From positions 48,385-112,384 of the forward strand of contig JAFXTH010000004.1 in assembly GCA_017525035.1 (NCBI GenBank): 64,000 bases of DNA. The letters are read 5' to 3'. The notes beneath the pieces are model-generated. The model worked only from the letters and a program-made list of their open reading frames with translations. It had not been told where the DNA came from and ran no database searches. Source of the DNA: Bacilli bacterium. GTDB taxonomy: Bacteria; Bacillota_I; Bacilli_A; RF39; UBA660. Below, in pieces: positions 37,918 to 48,696 of this stretch; position 1 is the first letter of the stretch; each line of letters opens with the position of its first letter. The position numbers were made by a program, and so were the translations under genes.

Positions 37918-38619
37918 GTGATAGTAGTGAAGCCAGTAATAGGTATTATAGGAAGAGTAGAATATCCTGGAGGAACAGGAAAGATAGCAGTTAATGAAAG
38001 TGTTAGAAGAAAAGTAGTAAGACATGGGGGGAATCCATTATGTATACTATGTCCTCAGGATGTTGATTATACGAATGAAAAATACGAAGATCAAAAAGAA
38101 TTAACTGAAGAAGAAAAAGAAATGGTAATTAAACAAATAAGTCTTTGTGATGGAATATTAATGCCAGGTGGTTTTAAGTTCTTAAGATGTGAAAGATTTA
38201 TTTTAGATTATATAGTTGAAAACGATATTCCTACTCTTGGAATATGCTTAGGAATGCAGTTAATATCAAATTATAAAAAAGAAGAGATTTGGAATGAAAA
38301 GAATCCAGAAGGATTTAATCATTCAAGCCCTGATGTGGATTATGTACATTATGTTACTTTGGATAAGAATAGTAAATTATATAGCATAATTGGTAAAGAA
38401 AGATTTATGGTTAACAGTAGGCATAATTATCATGCACTTCCAACAGAGTATTGTGAGATAGTTGCAGTAAGTGATGACAATATAGTTGAAGCAATTGAAA
38501 TAAAGGACAAAACATTCCAAATCGGAGTACAATGGCACCCAGAAGATTTAGAAGACGAACAAGCTAATAAATTGTTTGATAGATTTATTGAAGAAGCTAA
38601 AAAAAATATGGTTAAATAA
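37918..38619 (+). CDS. Class I glutamine amidotransferase-like / peptidase C26 (gamma-glutamyl hydrolase-like).
   Basis: It has the nucleophile elbow GICLGMQL and the distal His-Glu (QWHPE). Confidence 0.6.
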   Translation: MIVVKPVIGIIGRVEYPGGTGKIAVNESVRRKVVRHGGNPLCILCPQDVDYTNEKYEDQKELTEEEKEMVIKQISLCDGILMPGGFKFLRCERFILDYIVENDIPTLGICLGMQLISNYKKEEIWNEKNPEGFNHSSPDVDYVHYVTLDKNSKLYSIIGKERFMVNSRHNYHALPTEYCEIVAVSDDNIVEAIEIKDKTFQIGVQWHPEDLEDEQANKLFDRFIEEAKKNMVK

Positions 38620-38636
38620 CCAAAAGGAGGATTATT

Positions 38637-39182
38637 ATGCATGTAATAATCGCAGGTACAGCTAGAAGCGGTAAAACAACACTCTCGCTTTTACTGAATG
38701 AATATGGTTATACGCATTACAAAATGGACTCTATAAAAAGAGGAATATGTGAGTCGTTTAGCCTAAAATATGATAATTGGGAAGATGTCTCTCCAATTAT
38801 ATGTAACATTATTAATAAGATTATTCAGGATAACAAGACTGATACGAATTATCAAAAAGAAAAATATTTATTTGATACGCCATTCATTTATCCTAAGGAT
38901 TTAGAAACAATAGATACTAGTGACACAATAATAATATTCTTGGGATATGCTCATATAGATGTTGATAGTGAAGTAGAACTGATAAGAAAATACGACAAAG
39001 ATTATTACTGGACTAAGCAAATTAGTGATGAGCAACTGAAAGAATGGACAATAGATAATATTGAGTATTCAAAGCATTTGGAACAAGAGTGCAAAAGGCT
39101 CGGTATTAAATACTTTGATACTTCATTTAATAGAGATGAAGTGTTAGAGGAAGCAAAAAAATATATAATAGAAAATAATTAG
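38637..39182 (+). CDS. Small P-loop NTPase / nucleoside-kinase-like protein.
   Basis: Walker A IIAGTARSGKTTLS sits at the N-terminus of the 181-aa product, a size typical of small-molecule kinases. Confidence 0.4.
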   Translation: MHVIIAGTARSGKTTLSLLLNEYGYTHYKMDSIKRGICESFSLKYDNWEDVSPIICNIINKIIQDNKTDTNYQKEKYLFDTPFIYPKDLETIDTSDTIIIFLGYAHIDVDSEVELIRKYDKDYYWTKQISDEQLKEWTIDNIEYSKHLEQECKRLGIKYFDTSFNRDEVLEEAKKYIIENN

Positions 39183-39193
39183 TAGGTGGTTTT

Positions 39194-40267
39194 ATGAATG
39201 ATTTAAAGTTAATAGTAATGGACAACATAGCAGCAGTAGGAAAAGAAGTTGATGAATTTCTTCAAGAGATGAACAAGCATGATAAGTCTTATATGATGGA
39301 ACATGTAAGAACAAGATTTAATAATGGAGAAGGAAAAATTGGGATTGATGAAACAGCAAGAGATAAAGATGTATTTATCTTAAGTGATGTAGGCAATTAC
39401 AGCATTACTTATGATATGCATGGAATGAAGGTTCCTATGGGACCTGATGAACATTTCCAAGATATTAAAAGAGCAATAAGTGCCGTTGGAGGATACGCTA
39501 AAAGAGTAACAGTAATAATGCCTTTATTATATCAATCAAGACAAGATAAAAGAAAAGGAAGAGAGTCACTTGATTGTGCAATTGCACTTCAAGAATTAGA
39601 ACGTTTAGGTGTTCAACATATTATTACTTTTGATTGTCATGAAAGAAAAGTTGCTAATGCAATACCAAATATACCATTTGAAAATTTCTATCCAACAAAT
39701 ATAATATTGGAAGAATTAATTAAAAATGAAAAAATATTTGATAACTTATTAGTAATAAGCCCAGATATGGGAGCAATGGAAAGAGCTAGATATTACGCTG
39801 ATATGTTGTCTTGTGATGTTGGTATGTTCTATAAAAGAAGAGATTTAACAAAAGTTGTTAACGGAAAGAATCCAATAGTAGAACATGCATATATGGGTGC
39901 TGATGTTAAGGATAGAAATGTAATTGTAGTAGATGATATGATTGCAAGTGGAGCATCTATGATTGAAGTTGGAGAAAAGTTAAGAGAAAAAGGCGCAAAG
40001 AAAATTTTCTTTATAACTACATTCTCATTATTCTCTGAAGGAATTGAAGTGTTTGAAGAAGCATATAATAACAAAGCATTTGATAAATTATTTACTACTA
40101 ATTTAACTTATGTACCTGAAGAATATAGTAAATATAGATGGTTACATAGGATAGATTGTTCAAAAAGAATTGCTGAAATAATAGATTACATTAATAAAGG
40201 AAAATCATTAAGAAAGATTGTTCATAGTAACGATCGAATAATAGAACTTCTTAATAAGAAAAATTAA
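39194..40267 (+). CDS. Ribose-phosphate pyrophosphokinase (PRPP synthetase) family protein, divergent.
   Basis: It aligns with B. subtilis Prs across both PRTase-like halves: LVISPDMGAMERARYYA with IVSPDHGGVTRARKLA, VIVVDDMIASGASM with AILIDDIIDTAGTI, and YQSRQDKR with YARQDRK. Confidence 0.6.
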   Translation: MNDLKLIVMDNIAAVGKEVDEFLQEMNKHDKSYMMEHVRTRFNNGEGKIGIDETARDKDVFILSDVGNYSITYDMHGMKVPMGPDEHFQDIKRAISAVGGYAKRVTVIMPLLYQSRQDKRKGRESLDCAIALQELERLGVQHIITFDCHERKVANAIPNIPFENFYPTNIILEELIKNEKIFDNLLVISPDMGAMERARYYADMLSCDVGMFYKRRDLTKVVNGKNPIVEHAYMGADVKDRNVIVVDDMIASGASMIEVGEKLREKGAKKIFFITTFSLFSEGIEVFEEAYNNKAFDKLFTTNLTYVPEEYSKYRWLHRIDCSKRIAEIIDYINKGKSLRKIVHSNDRIIELLNKKN

Positions 40268-40337
40268 TTATTAAAAAAAGTTAGTTAAACTAGCTTTTTT
40301 TTGTTATAATTAAAATAGAGAGTGAGGCTAAAGTGAT

Positions 40338-41114
40338 ATGGATAATAATCAAGTAGTTAACAATACCCCTGAAGTAAATAAACCAAAGAAAAATAATAGT
40401 ACAATGATATTAATAGCAGGTATTATATTAATAATAATAGGAGTTATATTATATTTCGCTGTATTTAATAAAGGTGGAAATAGTAACAATACAAACGAAG
40501 GAAATAGTACAAATACAAACACAAATACGAACGTAGTGGATGATGGTATTGATTATAAAGAACAAGCAGCACCAGGATCATTCGATGATATTGGAAATCA
40601 AACAACAGGAATAAAATATGGTAATGGTAAAACATCTAAAGTCGAATTCAAATACGTTGAAGATGTATTAACAGAAGTTACAATAAACGAGAAAAATGGA
40701 ATCTTTATTGAAGCTAATGAAAGTTTAGTTGGTGTATATCAAATATCTGATAGTGCAGTTTTAATAAAGAAAAATAAAGAAACAGGGAAAATAGAAGCAT
40801 ATTGTTACAAATTAGACGGTGAATTCCTAATGTTACAAGAGATTACTGTGCCAAATATGAAATATTCAAAAATGGAAGTTAATGGTAATAATATTGATTT
40901 TTACTTCACAGCACATAGTGGTAACACAATTAATTTAGAAAACAAAAAAGTAAATGCATGTAATGCAGGTGAATTAAATAACAATAATATTACAGATGAT
41001 TATGTGGTTGAAGAAGTTCTTGAAATAAATTATACAGAAGATGATTCATCATTCCACATTGATACACCACAAAGTATGTTTAAGACAGTAGCAGATCTTA
41101 AAAAGAGTTGTTAA
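40338..41114 (+). CDS. Hypothetical membrane-anchored protein with an N/T-rich linker.
   Basis: A single N-terminal TM segment is followed by GNSNNTNEGNSTNTNTNTN low complexity. Confidence 0.35.
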   Translation: MDNNQVVNNTPEVNKPKKNNSTMILIAGIILIIIGVILYFAVFNKGGNSNNTNEGNSTNTNTNTNVVDDGIDYKEQAAPGSFDDIGNQTTGIKYGNGKTSKVEFKYVEDVLTEVTINEKNGIFIEANESLVGVYQISDSAVLIKKNKETGKIEAYCYKLDGEFLMLQEITVPNMKYSKMEVNGNNIDFYFTAHSGNTINLENKKVNACNAGELNNNNITDDYVVEEVLEINYTEDDSSFHIDTPQSMFKTVADLKKSC

Positions 41115-41120
41115 AAATAA

Positions 41121-41162
41121 AAAGAAAGGACAAAAAAACTTTACAAATCCTTTCTTTTTTGT
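41121..41162 (+). terminator. Intrinsic terminator (AAAGAAAGGA...TCCTTTCTTT plus TTTTG).
   Basis: A 10-bp stem with a 17-nt loop, followed by a T-run. Confidence 0.5.
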
Positions 41163-41231
41163 TATATTACTTACGAGTATTTTAATACTCCTTGCCAGTA
41201 GTATGGCCAAAGTCCAAAAGGAGGTGTAATA

Positions 41232-41522
41232 ATGAACAAATATGAATTAACTTTTATAGTTAAACCTGATCTTGAAGAATCTCAAATAAAGAGTGTTAAC
41301 GATTCAGTTAAAGCTAAGTTAAATGAGATGAAGGCAACTGTTCTAGAAGAAAAAGAATGGGGTCAAAGAGAACTAGCTTATGAAATTAACAAATACAAAA
41401 CAGGTTATTATTTCTATTATTTAATTGAAGAAAAAGATGCAGAAGCTGTTAAAGAGTTTGATCGTGTTGCTTTAATTAATGAAAATATTATTCGTCACTT
41501 AGTAGTTAAAGTAGAAGAGTAA
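41232..41522 (+). CDS. rpsF: 30S ribosomal protein S6.
   Basis: The 96-aa product begins MNKYELTFIV and sits in the rpsF-ssb-rpsR arrangement. Confidence 0.9.
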   Translation: MNKYELTFIVKPDLEESQIKSVNDSVKAKLNEMKATVLEEKEWGQRELAYEINKYKTGYYFYYLIEEKDAEAVKEFDRVALINENIIRHLVVKVEE

Positions 41523-41536
41523 GAAAAGAGGAATAT

Positions 41537-42007
41537 ATGAATAAAGTTTGTTTAGTTGGACGTCTTACTAAAGACCCAACATGTGAATATGTTAATACAA
41601 ATAATGGGAGCGTAGCTCGTGCAAGATTTACTATCGCAGTAGATAGAGGTTTTGCATCTGGAAATCAAGATGGTAAAACAGCTGATTTTATTAGTGTTGT
41701 AGCTTGGAGAAAACAAGCAGAAAATATAACTAAATTCCAAAAGAAGGGAAATCAAATAGCTGTTGAAGGAAGACTTCAAGTAGATAGTTATACAGGAAAA
41801 GATGGAAATCAAGTATGGTCAACTTATGTAGTTGCAGATACTATTCAATTCCTAGATAGAAAAGGAGATGCACCATCAAATGCAAATTTTGAAGATGCAG
41901 ATGTTTCTCCTAGTGATTTCTCAAGCGAGTCATCAAATCAAGGTGCAAGTGTTTGGGATGCAGGTTCTAATATTGAAATTGATCCAGATGAGTTACCTTT
42001 TTATTAA
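41537..42007 (+). CDS. ssb: Single-stranded DNA-binding protein.
   Basis: It has an OB fold and an acidic C-terminal tip DPDELPFY. Confidence 0.9.
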   Translation: MNKVCLVGRLTKDPTCEYVNTNNGSVARARFTIAVDRGFASGNQDGKTADFISVVAWRKQAENITKFQKKGNQIAVEGRLQVDSYTGKDGNQVWSTYVVADTIQFLDRKGDAPSNANFEDADVSPSDFSSESSNQGASVWDAGSNIEIDPDELPFY

Positions 42008-42024
42008 GAAGGGAGATAATTTAA

Positions 42025-42240
42025 ATGGCAGAATTCTATAGAAAAAAGAAAAAAGTATGTTTTATGTGTGCTGGACACGATGTTAATTATAAAGATGTTG
42101 AAACATTAAAGAAATTTGTTAACGAAAGAGGTAAGATTTTACCTAGAAGAGTTACAGGTAACTGTGCTAAACATCAAAGACATGTAGCTAGCCAAGTAAA
42201 AATTGCAAGACAAATTGCATTATTACCATATGCTAAATAG
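42025..42240 (+). CDS. rpsR: 30S ribosomal protein S18.
   Basis: The 71-aa product lies downstream of ssb and has a basic S18-like sequence. Confidence 0.9.
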   Translation: MAEFYRKKKKVCFMCAGHDVNYKDVETLKKFVNERGKILPRRVTGNCAKHQRHVASQVKIARQIALLPYAK

Positions 42241-42264
42241 TATCCGTAAGGATACTTTTTTATT
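42241..42264 (+). terminator. Intrinsic terminator after rpsR (TATCC-gtaa-GGATA plus CTTTTTT).
   Basis: Read directly from the sequence. Confidence 0.6.
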
Positions 42265-42372
42265 GACAAAAAGCGTAAATTATGTGTAAATGTTACACTT
42301 TTATTGACAATTGCTTAACAAAAACTAGTCATCCTGGTTTATAATTAAAATTGATAAAGTGGGTGATGCTAG

Positions 42373-42708
42373 ATGAAAAGCGTAAAAACGAATAGTAAAA
42401 CGCACGGATATAAGCAATCTAAATTCAAAAAGAAGACATTGCGTATCCTACTTTTTGGTGTGCCTAGCTTAATTGTTATGATTTATTTCTTTACATATGC
42501 ATTTAATATGTCTTTAGAAATAGTATCAAAGTATGATGAGAAGGAAGAATTAGAGCACGATTTAAATGATCTTAAAGAGAAGGAACAAGAACTATCGACC
42601 GATGTTTTAAAACTTCAAGATCCTGAATATGTAGCAAGATATTTAAGGGAAAAATATTATTATTCAAAGAATAATGAGTATATAATAAAATTGCCAAATA
42701 AAAATTAA
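42373..42708 (+). CDS. Septum formation initiator family protein (FtsB/DivIC-like).
   Basis: A single TM segment is followed by a coiled coil and the conserved DPEYVARYLREKY segment. Confidence 0.6.
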   Translation: MKSVKTNSKTHGYKQSKFKKKTLRILLFGVPSLIVMIYFFTYAFNMSLEIVSKYDEKEELEHDLNDLKEKEQELSTDVLKLQDPEYVARYLREKYYYSKNNEYIIKLPNKN

Positions 42709-42740
42709 AGATTTAATTACAAAATTAAATCTTTTTTTGT
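42708..42740 (+). terminator. Intrinsic terminator (AAGATTTAATT-acaa-AATTAAATCTT plus TTTTTG).
   Basis: An 11-bp stem read directly from the sequence. Confidence 0.55.
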
Positions 42741-42800
42741 GGTGTTTTCCTTGATTATATTGGTTATTTATTCTAAAATATATCTTGTTGTGGTGATAAT

Positions 42801-44126
42801 ATGAAAAGGGTAAAAGAATTTTTAATTAAAGAAGTAAAAATAAAAGATAATGACACAATAGTACTTGGAAATTCAGGTGGTCCTGATTCCATGTATCTTT
42901 TAAATGTACTTTTAGATTTAAGAAAAAAACTCAACTTAAAAATAGTATGTGCACATGTTAATCACAACGTTAGGTTAGAAAGTGAAAAAGAACAAGAATT
43001 CTTAATGAATTATTGCAAAGATCATGATGTTTTGTTTGAAGTAATGAAAATAGAAAAATATGGTGATGATAATTTTCACAATCAAGCAAGAACTATTAGG
43101 TATAACTTTTTTGAAGATATTGTTAAGAAGTATGATGCAAATTACTTAATGACAGCACATCATGGTGATGATTTGATTGAGACAATACTTATGAGAATTG
43201 TAAGAGGATCAACACTAAAAGGTTATAGTGGATTTGAAAAGATTATAGATAATGGTACTTATAAAACAGTAAGACCACTTGTATTTTTAACTAAGGATTA
43301 CATAGAAAAGTATGATAAAGAGCATAACATACCATATGTAACTGATCAATCTAACTTCAAGGGAAAGTATACACGAAATAGATATAGAATGAATGTACTT
43401 CCTTTCTTAAAAGAAGAGGATTCTAAGGTAAATGAAAAGTTTTTAAAGTTTAGTGAGACTTTAGAAGACTATGATAGATTTATAAATGAAGAGATACAAA
43501 AATCAATCGATAAAGTTTATAAAAACGATATTATAGACATAAATAAATATAAAGAGTTAGATAAATTAATTCAGAAGAAAATGATTTCTAAAATCTTAGA
43601 AGAAATCTATAAAGAAGATTTAATGATTATTAACGATAAACATGTTAAATTGATTAATGATCTGTTATTGTCTAAAAGATCTAATGCTAAAGTATGCTTA
43701 CCACACAATATTGAAGTAGTTAAAGCTTATGACAAAGCTAAATTTAGTAAAGAAATTAAAGAAGTAATTGATTATAAGATTGAAATAACTAATTATACTA
43801 CACTTCCTAATGGACATAAATTAGAAGTAGTTGATGAGATTGAATCAAATAATAATGATGTTTGTAGATTAGATAGCAATGAAATTAAACTTCCACTTTA
43901 TGTTAGAACTAGAAAATATGGTGATAAGATGTATCTTAAGAAAATTAATGGAGCAAGAAAAGTTAAAGATATATTTATTGATTGTAAGACTCCAGCAAAT
44001 GAAAGAGATAGATGGCCAATTGTCGTTGATTCTGAAGACAAAATTGTTTGGATTCCAAGCATTAAAAAATCTAAATTTACAAAGTTAAAAAATGAAAAGT
44101 ATGATATAATAATTAAATATAGTTAA
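42801..44126 (+). CDS. tilS: tRNA(Ile)-lysidine synthetase.
   Basis: It has the PP-loop SGGPDS and lies immediately upstream of ftsH, as in Bacillus. Confidence 0.85.
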   Translation: MKRVKEFLIKEVKIKDNDTIVLGNSGGPDSMYLLNVLLDLRKKLNLKIVCAHVNHNVRLESEKEQEFLMNYCKDHDVLFEVMKIEKYGDDNFHNQARTIRYNFFEDIVKKYDANYLMTAHHGDDLIETILMRIVRGSTLKGYSGFEKIIDNGTYKTVRPLVFLTKDYIEKYDKEHNIPYVTDQSNFKGKYTRNRYRMNVLPFLKEEDSKVNEKFLKFSETLEDYDRFINEEIQKSIDKVYKNDIIDINKYKELDKLIQKKMISKILEEIYKEDLMIINDKHVKLINDLLLSKRSNAKVCLPHNIEVVKAYDKAKFSKEIKEVIDYKIEITNYTTLPNGHKLEVVDEIESNNNDVCRLDSNEIKLPLYVRTRKYGDKMYLKKINGARKVKDIFIDCKTPANERDRWPIVVDSEDKIVWIPSIKKSKFTKLKNEKYDIIIKYS

Positions 44127-44140
44127 AGAGGAGGCGCGTT

Positions 44141-46099
44141 ATGAATAAGAAAAATGTTAAAAGAGGTTTATTACCTTATGTATTTTTAATATTAATTATT
44201 CTTGGAGTATGGTATTTTGTAGCTTTAGGTAGTTCTAAAGTTAATGATTTAACATATGACAAGTTATTATCAGAATTAAGAGAAGGAAATGTTACTGAGG
44301 TTGTTATTACACCACATTCAAGTGAAGGTGTTTATAAAATTACTGGTAAGTTAAAAGGATATGAGGAAAGAGAATCATTTAAAGTAAAAGTTCCACTTAC
44401 TGATTCAATTATTTCACAAATGATTTCAATTGATGAGTCATTAAACTATGAACTTAATACTGAAGATGATCCAGGAAGTAGTCCAATACTTTATATCATT
44501 GTTAATGTAGTACCATTAGTTTTAATACTAGGAGTTGGTTACTGGTTCTTATCTAGGCAAATGGGTGCTGCTGGTAAATCAATGGAATTTGGTAAGAGCA
44601 AAGCAAAATTAAGTACAGATAAGAATAAAACTACATTTAAAGATGTAGCTGGATTAAAAGAAGAAAAAGAAGAAGTAAAAGAATTAATTGATTTCTTAAA
44701 AAATCCAAAGAGATTCCAAAAGTTAGGTGCTAGAATTCCTAAGGGAGTTTTATTAGTAGGACCTCCTGGAACAGGTAAAACTTTACTTGCAAAAGCAGTT
44801 GCAGGAGAAGCAAATGTTCCATTCTACTATATCAGTGGATCTGACTTTGTTGAGTTATTCGTAGGTATCGGTGCAAGCCGTGTTAGAGACATGTTTAAGG
44901 AAGCTAAACATAATGCACCATGTTTGATATTTATCGATGAAATTGATGCTGTAGGACGTCAAAGAGGTACTGGTTTAGGTGGAGGACATGATGAAAGAGA
45001 GCAAACACTTAACCAATTATTAACTGAGATGGATGGATTTGGAGCAAATGAAGGAATTATCATTATTGCTGCAACTAACCGTGCTGATGTTCTTGACCCA
45101 GCATTATTAAGACCAGGAAGATTTGATAGACAAGTAATTGTTAATTTACCTGATGTTAAAGGAAGAGAAGAAATACTAGAAGTACATGCAAGAAATAAGA
45201 TTTTAGCACCTAGTGTATCATTAAAGAACTTAGCCAAGAGAACTCCTGGATTTAGTGGAGCAGATCTTGAAAACTTATTAAACGAAGCTGCACTTTTAGC
45301 AGTTCGTGGTAACAAAGAACAAATTACAATGAAGGAAGTTGATGAAGCAACTGACCGTGTATTAATGGGACCAGCTAAGAAGAGTAAGAAATATACTGAA
45401 GCTGAAAGAAGAATGGTTGCATTCCATGAAGCAGGTCATGCTGTTATTGGACTTAAATTAACAAATGCTAGTGAAGTTCAAAAGGTTACTATTATACCTA
45501 GAGGACACGCTGGTGGATACAATATGATGGTTCCAAGAGAAGAGAAGTATACTGCTACTAAGACTGAATTATTAGAAGAGATCACTGGACTTCTTGGAGG
45601 AAGAGTATCAGAGGAATTAACTTTTGGAGAAATTTCTACTGGGGCTCATAACGATTTTGAAAAAGCTACTAAGATTGCAAGAGCTATGGTTACTGAATAC
45701 GGAATGAGTGATTTAGGACCTGTTCAACTTGAACAACAAGAAGGTGGAGTATTCTTAGGAAGAGATTATGGTAAGACACGTAACTTCTCAAATGAAGTTG
45801 CTCATGAAATAGACCTTGAAATGCGTAAGATTATTGATGAATGTTATGAAAAGGCTAAGAAGTTATTAAGCGATAATGCTGATTTAGTTAAGTTAATCGC
45901 TGAAGCACTTCTTGAATATGAAACTCTTACTAAAGAGCAAATTGATTATCTTGTTAAAAATGGAAAGATGCCTGAAGAAGAGGAAACTGAAGAAGTAGAA
46001 GTACTTGATGAAAAGGTAGATAAACCAAAAAGAACTAGAAAAGTAAAAGAAGAAAAAGAAGAAGAAGAACAAGATAGTGAAGATGAAGATGAGGATTAA
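44141..46099 (+). CDS. ftsH: ATP-dependent zinc metalloprotease FtsH.
   Basis: It has an AAA domain (GPPGTGKT) and the HEAGH zinc motif (FHEAGHAV). Confidence 0.95.
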   Translation: MNKKNVKRGLLPYVFLILIILGVWYFVALGSSKVNDLTYDKLLSELREGNVTEVVITPHSSEGVYKITGKLKGYEERESFKVKVPLTDSIISQMISIDESLNYELNTEDDPGSSPILYIIVNVVPLVLILGVGYWFLSRQMGAAGKSMEFGKSKAKLSTDKNKTTFKDVAGLKEEKEEVKELIDFLKNPKRFQKLGARIPKGVLLVGPPGTGKTLLAKAVAGEANVPFYYISGSDFVELFVGIGASRVRDMFKEAKHNAPCLIFIDEIDAVGRQRGTGLGGGHDEREQTLNQLLTEMDGFGANEGIIIIAATNRADVLDPALLRPGRFDRQVIVNLPDVKGREEILEVHARNKILAPSVSLKNLAKRTPGFSGADLENLLNEAALLAVRGNKEQITMKEVDEATDRVLMGPAKKSKKYTEAERRMVAFHEAGHAVIGLKLTNASEVQKVTIIPRGHAGGYNMMVPREEKYTATKTELLEEITGLLGGRVSEELTFGEISTGAHNDFEKATKIARAMVTEYGMSDLGPVQLEQQEGGVFLGRDYGKTRNFSNEVAHEIDLEMRKIIDECYEKAKKLLSDNADLVKLIAEALLEYETLTKEQIDYLVKNGKMPEEEETEEVEVLDEKVDKPKRTRKVKEEKEEEEQDSEDEDED

Positions 46100-46125
46100 G
46101 GTTTTACTTAATCCTTTTTTATGTT
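46093..46125 (+). terminator. Intrinsic terminator after ftsH (AGGATTA...TAATCCT plus TTTTT).
   Basis: Read directly from the sequence. Confidence 0.45.
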
Positions 46126-46156
46126 AAAATAATAATATAATAAGGAGGAGAATAAT

Positions 46157-46996
46157 ATGGAAGATTCAAAGAAAAAAACATCAAAAGTATGGTTAATAAT
46201 TATTGTAATTATATTGATGATTATAACTTTCTGTCTTGGCTTATTTTTAAGCAATATATTATGTAAAAAGTGTGATGATAAGAAAGATCAAGAGATAGTA
46301 GAAACAAAAAAAGAAGAATTATCTGATAAAGGTATTAAAAATGTAATGGAGCGTTTCGAAGCAATTAAGATATCATCTGATAGATTATACGAAAATGATA
46401 AGTTTGAAATATCCCAAATTAATCTAAACGAAATGCTTGTAACTGCTTTAAGTAGACAAAACATACCTAGTGTATGTGCTAATGAAGGTGATTATGTTGT
46501 GCTACTAAGTGAAATAAATGATGAACTTGAAAGATATATAGGAAAAACAGTTACAACAGATGACATTAAAAAAGTAAAAGAAGTATCTATGGGAAATCCA
46601 TATGATTACCATTATTCTATCAAAGCAACAGATAACATCAGATTTGATGTTAAGAACTTCGTGTGTGGTGGAGAATTTGATGCTGATGACTATGTATACG
46701 GAAACATTATCAAAGGCGAAAGAGTTGGAGATTATGTATATATTTATGAGAAGAAAGCATTCGGAAGTTATGATCAAAAAAGCCTTGAGAAAGATATTTT
46801 TAAAGTAAATTATTATACTGATTATAAAAAGACAGGAAAAATAGTAGAAACATTAGATTCAATGGAATTTAGAGATAAAGAAGGAAATATAAAACCTACT
46901 GCTATACCTAATTGGGATTTGTATAATACTTACAAATATACGTTTAAACTAATAGATGGAGCATATTATTTTCAATCATTTGAACTAGTAAAATAG
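46157..46996 (+). CDS. Hypothetical membrane-anchored protein.
   Basis: The 279-aa product has an N-terminal TM segment. No motif was recognised. Confidence 0.35.
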   Translation: MEDSKKKTSKVWLIIIVIILMIITFCLGLFLSNILCKKCDDKKDQEIVETKKEELSDKGIKNVMERFEAIKISSDRLYENDKFEISQINLNEMLVTALSRQNIPSVCANEGDYVVLLSEINDELERYIGKTVTTDDIKKVKEVSMGNPYDYHYSIKATDNIRFDVKNFVCGGEFDADDYVYGNIIKGERVGDYVYIYEKKAFGSYDQKSLEKDIFKVNYYTDYKKTGKIVETLDSMEFRDKEGNIKPTAIPNWDLYNTYKYTFKLIDGAYYFQSFELVK

Positions 46997-47047
46997 AATG
47001 TACGAAAGTGCATTCTTTTTTATGATATAATATTTTTGGTGAGCGAC

Positions 47048-48034
47048 ATGTGGAAAATAGGAAACGTAGAAATAAAAAATAAAGTTGTTTTAGCACCAAT
47101 GGCAGGAGTATGTAATTCTGCTTTTCGTCGTATTGTTAAAGAGATGGGATGTGGATTAATATATGCTGAAATGGTTAGTGATAAAGCAATCTTTTTTAAC
47201 AATCAAAAAACAATTGAAATGCTTTATATGACTGATGAAGAACGCCCTATTGCTCAGCAAATATTTGGTAATGATGAAGAATCATTTGTTAATGCAGCAA
47301 AATTTATTTATGAAAATATGCATCCAGATATTATAGATATAAATATGGGGTGTCCAGTTCCTAAAGTTGCAGTAAGGGCACAAGCAGGAAGTGCACTTTT
47401 AAAAAATCCAGAAAAGATAAAAAAAATAGTAACAAGTGTTGTTAATGCTGTTCCTATTCCAGTAACTGTTAAGATAAGAAGTGGATGGGATGCTAATAGT
47501 ATAAACGCAGTAGAAGTTGCTAAGATTTGTGAAGAAGCTGGAGCTAGTGCAATATGTGTTCATGGAAGAACAAGAAGCCAGGGGTATTCTGGTAAAGCAG
47601 ATTGGAATATTATTAAACAAGTTAAAGAAGCAGTTACTATTCCAGTTATCGGAAATGGTGATGTAGTAGATATCTACAGTGCCAAGAAAATGCTTGATGA
47701 AACTGGTTGTGATGCCATTATGATTGGCAGAGGTTGTCTTGGCAATCCATGGATATTTAAAGAAGTAAATGAATATATAGAAAATAACAACATAATAGAT
47801 AAACCAACACCATTAGATAGAGTAAATATGTGCTTAAAGCACTTAACTTATTTAAAAGATATTAAAGTATCTAAAGTAGCCGTTTTAGAAATAAGAAACC
47901 ATGTAGCATGGTATTTAAAAGGAATAAAAGGTTCTAATGAAATAAAAAATAAAATCTTTAAGACTAAAGATTTAGATGAAATATATGATATCTTAAATGA
48001 TTATAAAAAATATGTAGAGGAGGAATATAAATGA
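47048..48034 (+). CDS. dusB: tRNA-dihydrouridine synthase.
   Basis: It has the Dus motif LAPMAGVCNSAFR and a TIM-barrel FMN site. Start ATG 47048 follows GGTGAG. Confidence 0.85.
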   Translation: MWKIGNVEIKNKVVLAPMAGVCNSAFRRIVKEMGCGLIYAEMVSDKAIFFNNQKTIEMLYMTDEERPIAQQIFGNDEESFVNAAKFIYENMHPDIIDINMGCPVPKVAVRAQAGSALLKNPEKIKKIVTSVVNAVPIPVTVKIRSGWDANSINAVEVAKICEEAGASAICVHGRTRSQGYSGKADWNIIKQVKEAVTIPVIGNGDVVDIYSAKKMLDETGCDAIMIGRGCLGNPWIFKEVNEYIENNNIIDKPTPLDRVNMCLKHLTYLKDIKVSKVAVLEIRNHVAWYLKGIKGSNEIKNKIFKTKDLDEIYDILNDYKKYVEEEYK

Positions 48035-48609
48035 AAGCCACATCAGCATCAAGATTTGGAGCGTTTGTTATTGATGCAATAATAGTATTATTCGTATCTG
48101 GACTAATTGTAGGGTTCTTACCAACAACAAAAAAATATGATATTGCAGCAGAAAAGCAAAGCGAGCTAATCGATAAAATTTTATCAACAGAGGTAGAACT
48201 TGATAAGGCATATGATGAAATATATGAAATAAGATATGAACTGGATAAGGAGTCTATCCATATAACACTTGTAACAATTATAATTTATTTAGCATATTAT
48301 GGTACTTTTGCCTACTATAAGAATGGCCAAACTTTAGGTAAGAAATTGATGCGTATTAAGGTCGAGGCAGAGAATGACTCAAATATGACTTTTATACTCA
48401 GAACAGCGTTTATTCATGGTGAATTTACTGCATTAATATCTGTTGTCGGTGTGTTATTCTTGGATAAATCAGCTTATGCAGGATTATATGCGATATGCTC
48501 TTTGGTTAACTTTGCAATTCTTCTTATTTCAGCTATCTTTTGCATGGTAAGAGAAGATGGAAAAGGGTTACATGATTTGTTGTTTAAAACAAGCGTAATT
48601 AAAGAATAA
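48031..48609 (+). CDS. RDD-family membrane protein.
   Basis: Three TM segments and a conserved R-D/E-D region (MVREDGKGLHD). Confidence 0.5.
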   Translation: MKATSASRFGAFVIDAIIVLFVSGLIVGFLPTTKKYDIAAEKQSELIDKILSTEVELDKAYDEIYEIRYELDKESIHITLVTIIIYLAYYGTFAYYKNGQTLGKKLMRIKVEAENDSNMTFILRTAFIHGEFTALISVVGVLFLDKSAYAGLYAICSLVNFAILLISAIFCMVREDGKGLHDLLFKTSVIKE

Positions 48610-48696
48610 TTTGTTTGTGTAAGAATGATGAAATTTCTTTAAAATATTGAAATATAAGGCTTTATTGTTGTATAATTTTTTTAGAGGAGGAAAAAA

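Noticed and set aside
42263-42345. Two TTGACA hexamers upstream of the divIC-like gene as defined promoters.
   Set aside because: No convincing -10 hexamer lies at 16-18 bp spacing from either, so the promoter call would be guesswork.
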